From Oikopleura dioica (Eukaryota > Animalia > Chordata), in NCBI GenBank assembly GCA_907165135.1, contig OU015568.1:620001-684000 (forward strand): 64,000 nucleotides of DNA. The letters are read 5' to 3'. Shown here in pieces: positions 1 through 12,165 of this stretch (position 1 is its first letter; every line of letters begins with the position of its first letter). Below the pieces are notes generated by a model. That model did not search any database and was not told the origin of the DNA. It was given only the letters and a program-made list of their open reading frames with translations. Made by a program: the position numbers and the translations under genes.

Positions 1-1
1 G

Positions 2-1059
2 TCACAATGCTGTACCATCCGTTAGCTTCGGCTTCGGAAAGGTGGGTGAACGAGAAGTAGAGGAATTGGCCTTCGAAGTCTTCGCATCCAACGTGGAGGG
101 AGAAGTAGCCATTGTCGGCGTAGTAGGTGCCGTCGTCGTATTGAGGGGCGCTGATTTGGTGACCGTAGTGGGAGGCGATGTTGGTAATGGGAACTGGGTT
201 GCCGTACTGGTCGTTGAGCTGGATGTTGTAGACGGTTCCGGCGGTGTGGCCAGCGGCGTTGGCGATTGGAACGTTGACCTGGGAAGGTACAGCGTGTCGG
301 AAGTCGTGCATGAAGTTGCCGAGGTAGACTCCTGGACGGGATCAGCGTAGCCGTCGCCGTTCAAGTCGCCGTTCTCGGTGCAGGTGATGCAGATGGCATC
401 GGCGTCGTAGCAGGTCGAGTTGTCGGGGAAGTTAGCGTTTTGCCAGAAGTTGACGACGGAAGCACCACCGTAAGCTCCGACGGCCCAGTTGTCGTACGTA
501 TGGAAGTAGAAGGTGTTGTCGTTGTAGGAACTGGCGGGGGTTGTCACGAAAACGCCGCCGAGGGAGAGGAAGAAGCTAGCACCGGCGGTGAGCTGGAGCT
601 GGCACTGGGCATTGGGCTTGACTTCATTGGACCAGAAGGTGACTCCGCATGGGTCGGAGGCGGACTGAGATGGCCAGTAGGCTCCTCCGTGAGCAGCATC
701 GGGACCACAGTTTCCTTGTTGGAGGATCAATTATTATTATCGTTTTAAATGCTAATAGCAAGAGTATCGCGTTTATAGATGACATAACTATTTTGTCCAA
801 AATATCGTTTTCAGCGAAGCTTGGATAAAATATATCTCATTCAGAGAAGTTTTAGTAGAGTTATGGTTTTTATAAAAATGATTTTAATTCGCCGTCTTTC
901 TGAAAAAAACTTATTATGTAAACCCTCCCAAACTATCTAAAAGTCAGCTTTACTCGATTGAGCCTTCCCTGGGTTGTATCCATCAGAATAGGCGCCATCA
1001 TTGGGGTAGGCAGAGTATTGAGCAGTGGCGGCGGCCAAAAAAGTGGCAGAAAACTTCAT
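2..1059 (-). CDS. Secreted protein, Cys-containing N-terminal domain plus Thr/Ser/Pro mucin-like tail (possibly oikosin/house-protein-like); 3' end runs off the window
   Basis: ATG at 1059 gives signal peptide MKFSATFLAAATAQ. A GTAAAG donor near 953 joins in phase 1 to ORF 2..730 (NCGPDAAHGG...CITCTENGD, then PTTSSSTTSTAT...). Confidence 0.7.
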
Positions 1060-1562
1060 TTTTTTCTAGAGTTGGAGAAAGCTTTTCGATCTCTTTGCAA
1101 AACTTATTGCTTTGCTTGGAGTTTGATCTTGGGTACACTTGGCGCAGGTTATATACTTGGAGGATAAAAGGCTGACCTTCTCGGTGTAACATGCTTTCGG
1201 GGATTGTGAAGGATATTAGATTATTTATGACGAAACGCAATATTTTGAAAAAGCGAAAGGCCACAGCGCAGCCCGTGCGAAAGTGATTACCCAACGAGGC
1301 CCAAAACTTGCTTAGCAGTACCTTTTTCGTCATTCTTTTTACATTTCCGGAAACAACAAACAATTTAATGCTGAGTTTCATCATAAATTTCGAAATAAAA
1401 ATCTGGTTACGATCAAATTGATCTTTGACTTTTACGCTAGCTATAAATTAAATAAAACAACCGCTCATTAACTCTGACGATTTTCTTGTGCAAATTGCAA
1501 ATTTGTTTAGTCGAACAAAAATAAAATAAGAAAAATAGAGAGGTAGAAATTCGATTCGAAAA

Positions 1563-4049
1563 ATGCGGCTCGCGGTAAGATTCAAAAATCAAGATTTCTA
1601 AAAAATTCATTCTAGGGCCTTTTCTTGATTGGCCAAGGATTTGGTAATTCAATTGAAAATGTCACATGTTCTGCTACTTCCGAATGCGCTCAATTTTTCG
1701 CGACGTGTGAAAATATTTCGGACGGTACTGGAAATTGCCAATGTGCAAGTATCGCTTCGTTTGAGCTTGTGGAAGTTGATCCTCCTCAAGACATAGGAGG
1801 AACTCTCTACAGTCATGTCTGCAAGCAGCTTTCTCGTAAGTTCAAAACGCTTTTTCGACTTTATATTTTGATGATCTTAGCTTGCGAAAAGCTACAAATC
1901 GAGCAAGGCGAATGCCCCCTGCATTCTAATTGTAAACAAAGACAAACTGAAAGTGGCCAGATGGACGCGTTTTGCGAGTGTCATCCAGAGTTTGTTCCCT
2001 CCGACCCTTCTGCCTCCGCTGAAGTTGGGATTGACGGAGTCACCTGCGAGCGAGTAGACGTTTGCGAAGATTACGATTGCTCCAGTGTTACGAATTCAGG
2101 ATGCGTTGCTAGAGTAGACGAGCCAGAGTGCTTGTGTGAAAGCAATTTCGACTCTTTTAAAGAAGTTAATGGAACATGGGAGAAAATGATGGGGGATGAC
2201 CAGTATTTTCCGAATACGGAAATTAGTCGCAAATGTGTTGCAAAAGTTCCATGCTTTGATGTTGAATGTGGCTTCAGGCAAGTTTGTGTGAGAGAAGAAG
2301 TCAATGGTATTCCATCAGGTATTTTCTATTCAAAAGACGTTCGAAGAAAAACGATAGATGAAAAAAAAATTTATAAAAGTCGAATATAAACTTTCTCAAA
2401 AAAATGAAGAAATTAAAGAAAACACAGTATTATTCTTTCTAAAATCAAAACTAGAAAAAATCATCATCATGATTTTCAGGTATGTGTGCTTGTGAGCAAG
2501 GATACAAAGACGGTTCCAAAACATCCGTCTCTCCCGACAATAAATTGACACTTATTTGCAAGGTAGGCCTATTCTCTTAACTATTCAATGGCAAAAGCAT
2601 AGGACGTTGATGAATGCTCCAATGAGGCTCTAAACAACTGCGCAGCGGGCCAAGACTGCACCAATTCTGAAGGCTCTTTTTCGTGCTCCTGCTCTCCCGG
2701 GTGGCTTCCAAATTCTGATCCTTCAACAAATGTTCTCGTTCCGTGCATTCAGTGCTCAGGCCCTCATGCAACGGAATTCGAAGGAACTTGCACCTGCGCT
2801 GGTCCAGCCCAAATCCATGATGATGATGCCTCCATTTGCGATTGCCCCAGCTCGATGGCTTTGAGTGCTGATGGAGAAAGCTGCGTTTCGTCCTGTATTC
2901 ACGAGCATACAGTATTAGAGAATGGCCAGTGCGTTTGCGACCCGTCAAAAAATATGACATGGAATGATGATTTAGCCAGATGTGGATGCTCTCCTGGCTT
3001 TGTGGTAAATCAAAAATGGCTTCATTTATAATTAGCGTTCGAAAAAATTATAAACTGCAAAAAAATAAAAATTTATTTTAGCGATCAATCCTTGGCGACT
3101 GTCGACTTCCGGAGGAAAACTACCTATCATGGGGAAAAGCGTGGCAAGATAATTGCAAAAATGGCAAGCGCTCGCGAGCGGTTTTTTCAATCACTCCGAG
3201 TGAGACGACTTTGACCAGTGCTCAACCAAAAGGGAAGGGAAAAAGCTTTGGTTCCAAATTCTTCCGAGTTTGAAAGAAAGAATTTCGGTCGAGGAAGACT
3301 GTGGAAACTCGACTGCCAAGTGCACGGACTGGAATGCTATTTACGATGAAACAACTGGCTTTTGTCGGTGCAAAGATGGATTTTTCGACTCAAAGCAAGG
3401 CTGTATCCCGTGGACTCCATTCGAAGCAAATACAGTGATTGTCGCTGAATTAAAGAGGCGAATGGGCAGTCTTTTCAATTCAACAGAACTCGTCCATACT
3501 TTCACTCCGAAGAAAAAACAAGGAATCGACCGGTTTCTCGTGAAGACAGCTAAAAGAATGTTCGACCCTGCAAAGGAAAAAGGAAAGCTAAAAAAGAGCT
3601 GTTCGAAAAAATCTCTGATTCTTCACGGAAATGCTCCTGATGGTAAGCTGGATTATTTGCGAGATCAGAATTATTTTTTTCTTCTCTAGAAATCGAATCA
3701 ATCTTCACTGAATTCAATGTTCTGAAGAACAAGCCTGACGGAGATGTTTCCGTGGTCGAGGATCTCGCTCGGGTTTTCGATCGTTTTCAGCGACTCTACA
3801 CTTGGAACTGCCCCGAAACTGGTTACGGGAAATACCCGCTGAATCCCACGCATGAGACTGATGTTGTTTGTCAAACGAGAGAAGATCAAAAGAACTTTTT
3901 GAAATGCCAGTTGCATTACCGCTTTGACCGACTTGTCAAAGATATTGCGCCAACTAACCCTATTGATTGGTAAACTCTGAATTCAGCTGTAGGATGAATT
4001 GATCGCTCTAGAATTCTTTCTCTCTGCCTGTCTCAAAAAGAGTTCCTGA
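1563..4049 (+). CDS. Secreted multi-EGF (including Ca-binding EGF) protein with an unassigned C-terminal domain
   Basis: MRLA|GLFLIGQGFG signal peptide across a 41-nt GT-AG intron. Repeated EGF Cys patterns in ORF 1625..2389 and DVDECSNEALNNCAAGQDCTNSEGSFSCSC near 2600. Exons continue through ORFs 3270..3689 and 3752..3973; last exon uncertain. Confidence 0.8.
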
Positions 4050-4092
4050 AGAGATCAATTCGCAATAAACTCGATTTTTGAGAAGTTTGTAT

Positions 4093-5551
4093 TCACATAT
4101 TTGTACTTTCTTCGCCAGAAATGGAAGACGATTCTTGCGAAAAAGCGTCATTATCAGTTCCTTGGAGAACAAGAGAAGGTTTTTTCAAGTTTTCGAAATC
4201 TTCTTCGTCATCTTCTGGCTCAACTTCTTCGCCCAAAATTGTTGCTCCGGCGATAAGGGATGAAATGACTCCAGAGCAGAAGAGCCAGTAGGCAGCTCTA
4301 TTTAGAAAATTATCAAACTAAAAATTTCAAGCTTTTACCCGTAATACGGAGCAATGTATCGCAAATCACCCTCCTTGTTCTCGTGATAAAAAGCCGCCAA
4401 GAAAACTGCGGCTAATGAAAGCCCCATGACGCCGAAACCAATTGACAGAACAACGAGCGTTGTTGAGAGTCCTCTCCAGTTGACATTGAGAAATTTCACG
4501 ACGCCAGCAGATCCAAGAGTCAATATTTTCTAAGAGAAAAGATCAAAACAGTTCGATGAAAAAGAAAAAAACTTACAAAAATTACGATGGTGAAGATTCC
4601 ACTCAGCATCGACTGCATCTTTGCATCCCAGGCCTGACAATCTTGCTCTTCTGATCCATTTTTCTCTAAAAAGTCCGAGTTTTTTTCGATAAATCATGAA
4701 AGAAAGACCTTGAATGAGACATTTCTCGAAAAACCCAATTCTGGTTGGCGGCTCGAATCTCGTGCAGAGGCCAAGAGGAACAGTGCAATAAGGGGTTGAA
4801 TCGCCAATCGTTGTCATAAAGCATCCACTGAGAGAAAGAGCGCATCCGAGGGTGCAGACAAAGTAGAAGATCAAATTCTGAATCGCTAGAAAAACGGTTA
4901 ATCATAGACAACCGAACTCGTGCCAACCGAATCGAGGTGTAGATGGCATCATCCCCGCACTGAAATGACCCAGGATGCCGCAGAGAAACAACAGCCCGAT
5001 CCCAAAGGATGCAAGGCCGACACTGTAGAAATCGCTTGTTACGTGCTCAACAGAAAAGCCGATTTTGACAGATAGTAAAGCAGTCAGCGCAAGAAACCCA
5101 GCAAGAAGATTTCCATGGGCAGAAACGAGTCGAGTTTCCTTTCGGAGCCTAGAAAATGCTTATCTTCGAATGCCTTTTATCAAAAAAGAACCTGAAAAAG
5201 CAGCTTAAAGCAGTGACACTCGCCAAAATTGTCATTGAAACTCCGATCTCGACTGGCATCGGAGACGGACTTCCTGTGAACATCGCCCATGTTTTGGTCG
5301 TTGAGTTTCCCGGCTCTTCGAGCGAGTACTCTGTCACTTTCCATAGAGAAACTTCCTTAGTTGTCGGGAAGAAATTGTTTTGCTTCGGCTCGAGTCGGAG
5401 AAGAGGATGTGTTCCCATTCCACCGAGAAAACAGCCGATTCCGGCTAAAATTCGATTTTTAGCAAAATTATTTTCAGCACTTTTCGTAACCTAGGGAAGT
5501 CGAAATTGTCGCGCAAATCCTGACTTTTTCTGACAAAAACCCATCAAGCAT
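4093..5551 (-). CDS. Multipass membrane protein made of two tandem claudin/PMP22-like four-TM units
   Basis: Spliced reading MLDGFLSEKVRICATISTSLAGIGCFLGGMG...SLWK...IGVSMTILASVTALSCFF...GNLLAGFLALTALLSV...FYSVGLASFGIGLLFLCGIL...PRF|AIQNLIFYFVCTLGCALSLSGC...PLGLC...GLSTTLVVLSIGFGVMGLSLAAVFL...YYG|AAYWLFCSGVISSLIAG, then an acidic tail. Confidence 0.7.
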
Positions 5552-5914
5552 TTTCTCTGTTTTTTTCTTTATAATTTGAATTCTGCTGCTCAATATGCTT
5601 GAAGAGAAGATTTTAAACTTTCCCCGTTATATTTGCTTATTGCAATTTCACTTTGCTAACCAAGAGACGCCAGACGCGCGAAAATTATTTGCTCAAGTAA
5701 CGAATTGCATTTCTGTGAACTCGCTTGTCCAGTTCAAACAGGAGTTCAAACCATTACTTCGATAAATATCATTCTTATTTTTTTTTTGATGTTCAATTAC
5801 ATAACAGTTCGGTATTCCTGGACATATGCTAAATGTACACATAATCATGGTTGATTTCTACGGGTTCAACGGACGCGTCTAAATCCAATATTGTATCTGA
5901 GGCTTTTTTCGTGG

Positions 5915-6671
5915 TCAGTTTTGGCGAACGCCTTGTTTTTCTACGAGAGGACTGCAATGACCTTTTCCTGAGATGGGGTCTTCGTGGATTTCCTCGATCT
6001 GAGCATGATCATCATCTTCCACATGATCGTCTATGTGATCTGCGTGCTTAGAAGCTGGATTGTCAAATGCATCAACGTCGTACTCGTCGCTTTCTTCTTT
6101 TTCTCGATCATCATCTTCTCAAAGAATCAAGTGTTCATTTGATGAAATTCGAATGATTACCTTCGTCAATATATCCCTGTTCCATTTCTTCGAAATCCTT
6201 CGCGTTTTCATTTTGCTCGTCATCACACAAATCCATGTCGCAGCCATCATCATCGTCATCTTCTGCCTTTTGAGAAGTTCTACTATCGTCAACAATTTTG
6301 ACTCAAAATCGAATTATGAAAAATATCGAAAGTAAGAACTTTTCCTCTTGAATATCTTCTTCTGCTTCCGCCACTTCATTTTCGAATTCTTCATCTTCAG
6401 AATCCTCCTCTTCGTCTTCATCCTCGTCATCTGATCCTGAGCCAGATCCGTCCGACTCATCCATAAAAGCACTTCTTAGCCACCTAGCTTCCTCCTTGAT
6501 CAATTTCATTAATATTCTCTCAATTAAAAATGCTCGGAATTTAAAAATCTGTTCCTGAAGATCTCGAATTTCCGGCAGCCCAAAGCAAATGAGCAGCCAT
6601 CTGTCAAACCAAATCAATTTCTTGAGCCCTTTATCTTTCTTCGCCTTTTTGTATCTATTGAGGACTCCCAT
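5915..6671 (-). CDS. Hypothetical protein, basic N-terminus and very acidic C-terminal half
   Basis: ORF 6303..6689 continues through phase-compatible GT-AG junctions into DDREKEESDEYDVDAFDNPASKHADHIDDHVEDDD...QN*. Confidence 0.55.
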
Positions 6672-7078
6672 CTCTCTTGTTGGGAACACAATGGGTCAGT
6701 CTACCGCCTTCTTTGCAGTATCTTTTGATAGCTGAATTATTAACACGCTCTTAATTGACAATGATTTAATATTTTATATTATTTGACTTTGAAGCATAAA
6801 TAACTCGGACAAATGAAAACAAGCAAAAGTCGAAATCGACAGATCGATCAGAATAACTCTTTGTTTTTATAAAATTCTACTTTGATACTTTCAAAACTAA
6901 AAAAAAACTAGAAAAGATTAATCATGATCCCCTTTATTAAATTAAAAAATTGACAGTTTGAGTGTTAAAAAAGATAAAGATGTCGACAGTGACAGAAATG
7001 ATTTTTTGCGAAGGAGACAAGCTAAGGCTAAAATTGGAAACAAAACAAAATTTATTCGAAAAATTCTTTACTTACTCT

Positions 7079-10000
7079 TTACTTCGGGGTTAGAGTAATC
7101 GAATAAGCTTGAGGCAGGAGATACCATTTTTCTTTTTCCATGTTGAAATTTTCATTGACTAAAGCAACAGACTCATTGTTGTCTCCGTAATAAACAAAAT
7201 CCCCATAGGAGTTGTAACAATCTTCCATCATTTCGTAAGAAGCGTAGAACTCTCTTGCAAGTGGAATTCTAAGTGCAGGGCCAGAATGGTCGATTAACGT
7301 GTTTTGAAGGATGAATTCGGTGTTTTCGATTCGATCGAGCACCATTTGGTGGAAAAGTATTGAAGAGTCGGGATTTCGATAGGCGCCGGTGACTGTTAAG
7401 GGACGGGAGGAAGCGAAATTGTGGTGAAGGAGAACTTAAATTATGTGTTTTTTTATTGAAATTTGTTTGTTCATTTTTAGTTAGAGAAAACTTTTTTGAA
7501 ATAAATAGTTTTACCGCTTTCGAAATCGAGGTCGCCTGTTACATCCCAGCCGATGTTTTCTATAATTTCCCAACCACTCGTATTTAGATATGTTTTAAAT
7601 TTCATTCTTCTTAAAACCATATCAATATTGCTTGCTTGAAATTCTTGTTCCGTTTTTTTCGGATTAAGATTGAAGCCAGCGAAACTTCGCGGGTAAACTA
7701 TCATTGTCAGATGAGTAAAGATGGTTTCAAGCGTGTAGTTCCTTTCCATCTTTGACTTTTCAACTTTCAAATCATTTCTGATTGCCCATCTCAAAAGAAC
7801 GGAAACTGAAACGGGAACGCAAAGATTGCTCTCTTTTTGGTTTAAAACATTCTTCGTCAAGTTTTTGAATTCTAAGTGAATCTGTCTTGTCAATTTTTGT
7901 TTAAGATGAGCCATTAGAGAAGACTTCGTTAAATTATGGTCGTTAAGACAGAAATCAGAAGTCGCGTTTTTAAAGAAATTGTTTTAGATAAGCTCTGGAT
8001 TTGGTTTAGTGATGGAGTTTTCTTCTTTCCAAGCCACTCCGCATTAAAAACCTTTAAAATATTTAACGACAACGATAAACGAAGGAATGAACCTTTAACT
8101 CATGTTGAATAGCTTTTCTCTCGACTTCTTCGATCGGCTTGAATAAGAGACTCCAGGCTGTTTTCCAATCGCAGAGAATTCAAATGTGGAGTTCTGATGG
8201 ATACCCTCCACCTCTTCCACAAAGTTGTTCGCTGTCCGAAAAAGCAGCGGTGCCGGCATCTATAGAAAATTGAAAAAGAAATATTTAATTCTGAAATCCA
8301 AAGGGGGCGACGAGAATCGGGATTTTCGTGAGAAAAATGAGGAAAAACCGGCTTTGATAGGAGAATTATGACTTATCGATTTTAAACCTTCTATCTACAA
8401 TTTAAGGCCGGAACGCATGAAATAGATTTTTCCCGGAGCGCATATCGACCCATTTTTGGGTGAGAGGCCGTAGACACGTTTTCTTGCTTACATCAACCCA
8501 AATTTTATCATAAATTAGATCTTCAGACAATAAACTGCAAGAACAGATACATAAAAATCTCTCATCTGTTGTTCAAACACTACAAAATGATGATTTCTGA
8601 AGGCATATTTCAGCGCCTTACCCAAAAATGGGTCGATATGCGTTCCGGCGTTAAGGGGTCCCCCACGATTTTTAGATTTTTCGAATTCTAGATTTTTCTC
8701 TTCAGATTTGAATTCCTCATGCAAAAAGCTGCAAAAAAGGTCTCTAGCTTTTTTCGATTGTTTTAGAAAAAAGTGTCCAAAATTGACCTTGAAGTGGCCA
8801 ATTTTGATGTATTTGCATAGAGATTTTAAAATCAACCCTTATTTACAGTTGTCTAAAGTACGAATATGGTACATTTTTAGAAAGGCTATGAGCTCAGCTT
8901 TCTATTTATGCGCGAAAATATGGGTTTGGGTGATGCCCGGAAGGCAATTCGCATGGTTGAAATTTCAAAAATCGTACATTATTTTGATCGTCTTCGTTAC
9001 ATTATCATTTTTTGGAATTTGAAAAAACTGAGATACGCTTCACTAGATTAGCGTTAGACCTTTCAAAAACCACAGGAAAAAATAAATTGTTTCCTAAATT
9101 TTTGGAGTAAATCTCGTTCAAAATGTACCCAAAAACGCGATTTTGCGCGAGATGGTTACCTTCTCGGCGCTCTAGCGCCGAATGTGATTGGATTAAAAAA
9201 ATTTGAGACACGCTTCACTAGATCTAAGAATGATCTAGTTTTACGAAAAAAATTTTGAAAAATCTAAGTCCGTGACACCGTGAGCGCCGTTTGAAAATGG
9301 CTTATTTCGGGACCCCCTTAAGGATGCCCGATTTAAACAATGAGGCTCATTGAATGAGCTTTAGTTGTTCAACATTTTGTTTTATCCAAGTCAAAACTTA
9401 CATAAATATTTTCGAACTCTATATCTGTTTCCTCTCCTCGCATATCCCATTTTTCGATAGCTCCAGCTTCCTGTCGTTTCATTTATATTTCCAAAATCTA
9501 TCCACTTGGCTTCTCCATCTTTCAGCAAAATATTCTCCGGCTTCTTGTCATAATGCTGGATTCCAATGTGATCCAAATACTGTCTTCCCTTTTCAACACC
9601 GATCGCTATTTTCTTCCGCTCGTCCAAAGTCAAATCTTCTTTTTTCAGTCTGCTTCTCAAATCTGAGTCGCATTTCTCCATGATGGTAATCCAACCGAGG
9701 CATTCTTGTCTCTTCTTGCTCCAATAAATTTCGATGTTGCAGAAATTTTTGATGACGTTTGGATGAATTGGGATAACAGGTACGGAAAATGTTTCCGTTT
9801 TTTCTGCTTTATTGAAGTCTAAAAGAAAAAGCTTAAAATTTATTAAATAATATTGTGCATCCGGGGCCAAGGGACAAAAATCTCTAGAAATCGACTGCCT
9901 GAATGCACTGCCGCTTCTCAATAGACAGGTAAAATAGGTGGTGGCCTGAAACGTCGTCCAGTTGCTGCATGTGCGGCCTAAAACGTCTCTCCTGTTCCTG

Positions 10001-11382
10001 CATGTGAAGGCCTCAATCGTCTTTCCTGTTCCTGCATGTGTTGCTCAAAACGTCTTTCCTGTTGCTGCATGTGTTGCCTAAAACGTCTTTTGGGCCCCCT
10101 AGGCTAATATCTGTTTTCCTGTCTCATCGTTACGTAAGAAGCCGAGTCATCGTCGAGGCTAGCTATTACTGCTATTATTGGGCTGTTAGGCGACGTGGCT
10201 TTACCAACCATCTCTCGACTCACTCATTCATTTAGCCTAGGCGCCCTAAAGACGTTTTAGGCAACACATGCAGCAACAGGAAAGACGTTTTGAGCAACAC
10301 ATGCAGGAACAGGAAAGACGATTGAGGCCTACACATGCAGGAACAGGAGAGACGTTTTAGGCCGCACATGCAGCAACTGGACGACGTTTTAGGCCACCAC
10401 CAATTTTATTTTTAAGGGGGCCCGGAGAACTTTCGAACAAAAGGTATTACCCGTGATCCGAGAGGGATGAATAGGGACTCATTGGAAAGCCCGTCTATCG
10501 AACTGTTCCAAAAAATTCGACGAAACTATCGGACCAGCAGGAGCGCTGTATCACCCGGTTTTCCATCAGCATGTCGCCTCTCGCGCGCCGCTTTTGCGCC
10601 ATTTTTCAATCAAACCGTAATTCATCCCTTTACGATCAAGGGAAGTATTTTTTTGACAATTTCTCCGGGCCCCCTTTAAAACCTGTCATAGAGGATTACG
10701 CAATGTATTTCGAGCCGTCTCACAGGGTTACATCAGCATTACCTTTGGAAAGATGAATATAAAATTCTAATTCTTTTTCTTCTACAAACAGTGCTGAGTC
10801 AAATGCCTGAACCCTAACAGCAACTTCCAAATCTCCAAATTTTTCTTCAAAAACAATAGCTTCTCCTCCAGTTGAAATCATTTTCTCTTGAATTGACTCG
10901 TCGAGAATTCACTCACCATTTTCTTCTTTTAATTCAGAACGACAAATTTTTCGTTTCTTTAAATTCGGATTTTTGTTGAGAATCATCTTTTGGAAGGAAG
11001 TCATCGTCCATGTTCTTTCGCTTGGGAATTTTTCTGGAAAATTCTGGAATGGAATTTTTCAGAATTTTTCCTTTTCCGTTTTCAAATATAATCTCCTGCC
11101 ATCCACAAGAATCGTCTTCTTCAAATTCTGTTCTCTCGACGGACAAAATCAACCTATCCAAATCATCTCTGCTCGTTGTTCTCCTCACTTTCTTTTTAAA
11201 ATCCTCAAGCCATTTTTTAATTGCTTCTTTCGTCAACTCTATTGGATGCGTCAAAACACGATTTTTCCGGAAAATATTGTCAAAGATTTTTTCATAGTTT
11301 TTCAGTAGTGTTGTTTAAATAAATTTCCTAAAAGTATGTTCAAGCGTTTTTTCAATCTCGCATGATCATAAACATGATTCAT
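7079..11382 (-). CDS. Protein kinase-like domain fused to a C-terminal papain-like cysteine protease domain; two in-frame TGA codons and homopolymer shifts (possible pseudogene); start codon uncertain
   Basis: Kinase motifs ISTGGEAIVF, VAVRVQ, HYDKKPEN, WIDFG and YAGTAAF across exons (about 10900-10743, 9818-9403, 8260-8098). The frame continues into ORF 7477..7914 with NQKESNLCVPVS (Gln/Cys) and ORF 7079..7345 with FHQMVL...FILQNT (His/Asn). Confidence 0.75.
8655..9317. mobile_element. Non-autonomous TIR element with TTAA flanks and GG termini (Kolobok-like MITE), intronic
   Basis: TTAA|GGGGTCCC at 8651 and GGGACCCCC|TTAA ending 9321. Confidence 0.55.
9937..10401. mobile_element. Foldback element, about 175-bp arms built from 30-bp subrepeats, inside a kinase intron
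   Basis: GGTGGTGGCCTGAAACGTCGTCC... mirrors ...GGACGACGTTTTAGGCCACCACC; about 115-bp spacer. Confidence 0.8.
10416..10674. mobile_element. MITE with GGGGGCCCGGAGAA TIRs and TTAA-like flanks
   Basis: TTAA GGGGGCCCGGAGAA at 10412 and TTCTCCGGGCCCCC T TTAA at 10661-10679. Confidence 0.65.
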
Positions 11383-11708
11383 AAACAAGAAAGGCCGATC
11401 TCGCGACTCCGTATTTACGATTATTTTTAACCTTACGACGAGAAACGAGAATTTCCCCTACGACGACAATGTGTCGTATATGACACAATTTCAATGCATT
11501 CGTGTGTCATATACGACACACAAGTAGCGAAGCGAAATTCGCTTTTCTCATGCATTTGTAGCGAAGCAGCGCCCATTAAGTTGATACCAAGTGAAAGCTA
11601 AGCGAAAAGTAGGGGCATAAAGGGGGTCAGCGAAATTCTCAGACCAAGTTACAAATGAGTTACGGGCGTTTGAAACTCCTGGTGTCATATATGACCGACA
11701 GTACTGAA

Positions 11709-11763
11709 AATGTAACGAATGTCACGAATGTCACGAATGTAACGAATGTCACGAATGTCACGA
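11709..11763. repeat. 9-bp tandem repeat (AATGTMACG) x6
   Basis: Read directly from the sequence. Confidence 0.85.
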
Positions 11764-12165
11764 AAACATGTTTCTTTTTCGTGACATTTTCACTAAAATT
11801 CTAGAGACTCTTTTGTTCTTGTTGTTTATCCCTTTGAATTTCCTACCACTAAACCCGCGGAGCGGGCGTTTATCACTTAAAGATTCAATGAAAAATTGAT
11901 CATTTGGGCTTAAATAACAATGATCTCGATTTTTTATGTATGGCATAAAATGGTAAATGAAGTAACATCAATAATTATTGAAAGTAAAATCCTTGCGAAG
12001 TTGGACCTTTACTGAGACAGAAAAAAGCCCCTTTGCCAAGGCTTTCAAGACCCTAAATACAAATTTTGTGTTTTCAATTTTGATTTATTGAAAAGAAAAA
12101 AGTGTGTTTTGAATATTGTCGTCATTGAAGAAAATGAGTTTGTTTTGTAGAAAGTCGGAAATTGA

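Noticed and set aside
7079-11382. Alternative genetic code (TGA=Trp) or selenocysteine for the kinase gene
   Set aside because: Trp is encoded by TGG elsewhere in the same gene, neighbouring genes stop at TGA, and I saw no SECIS-like evidence.
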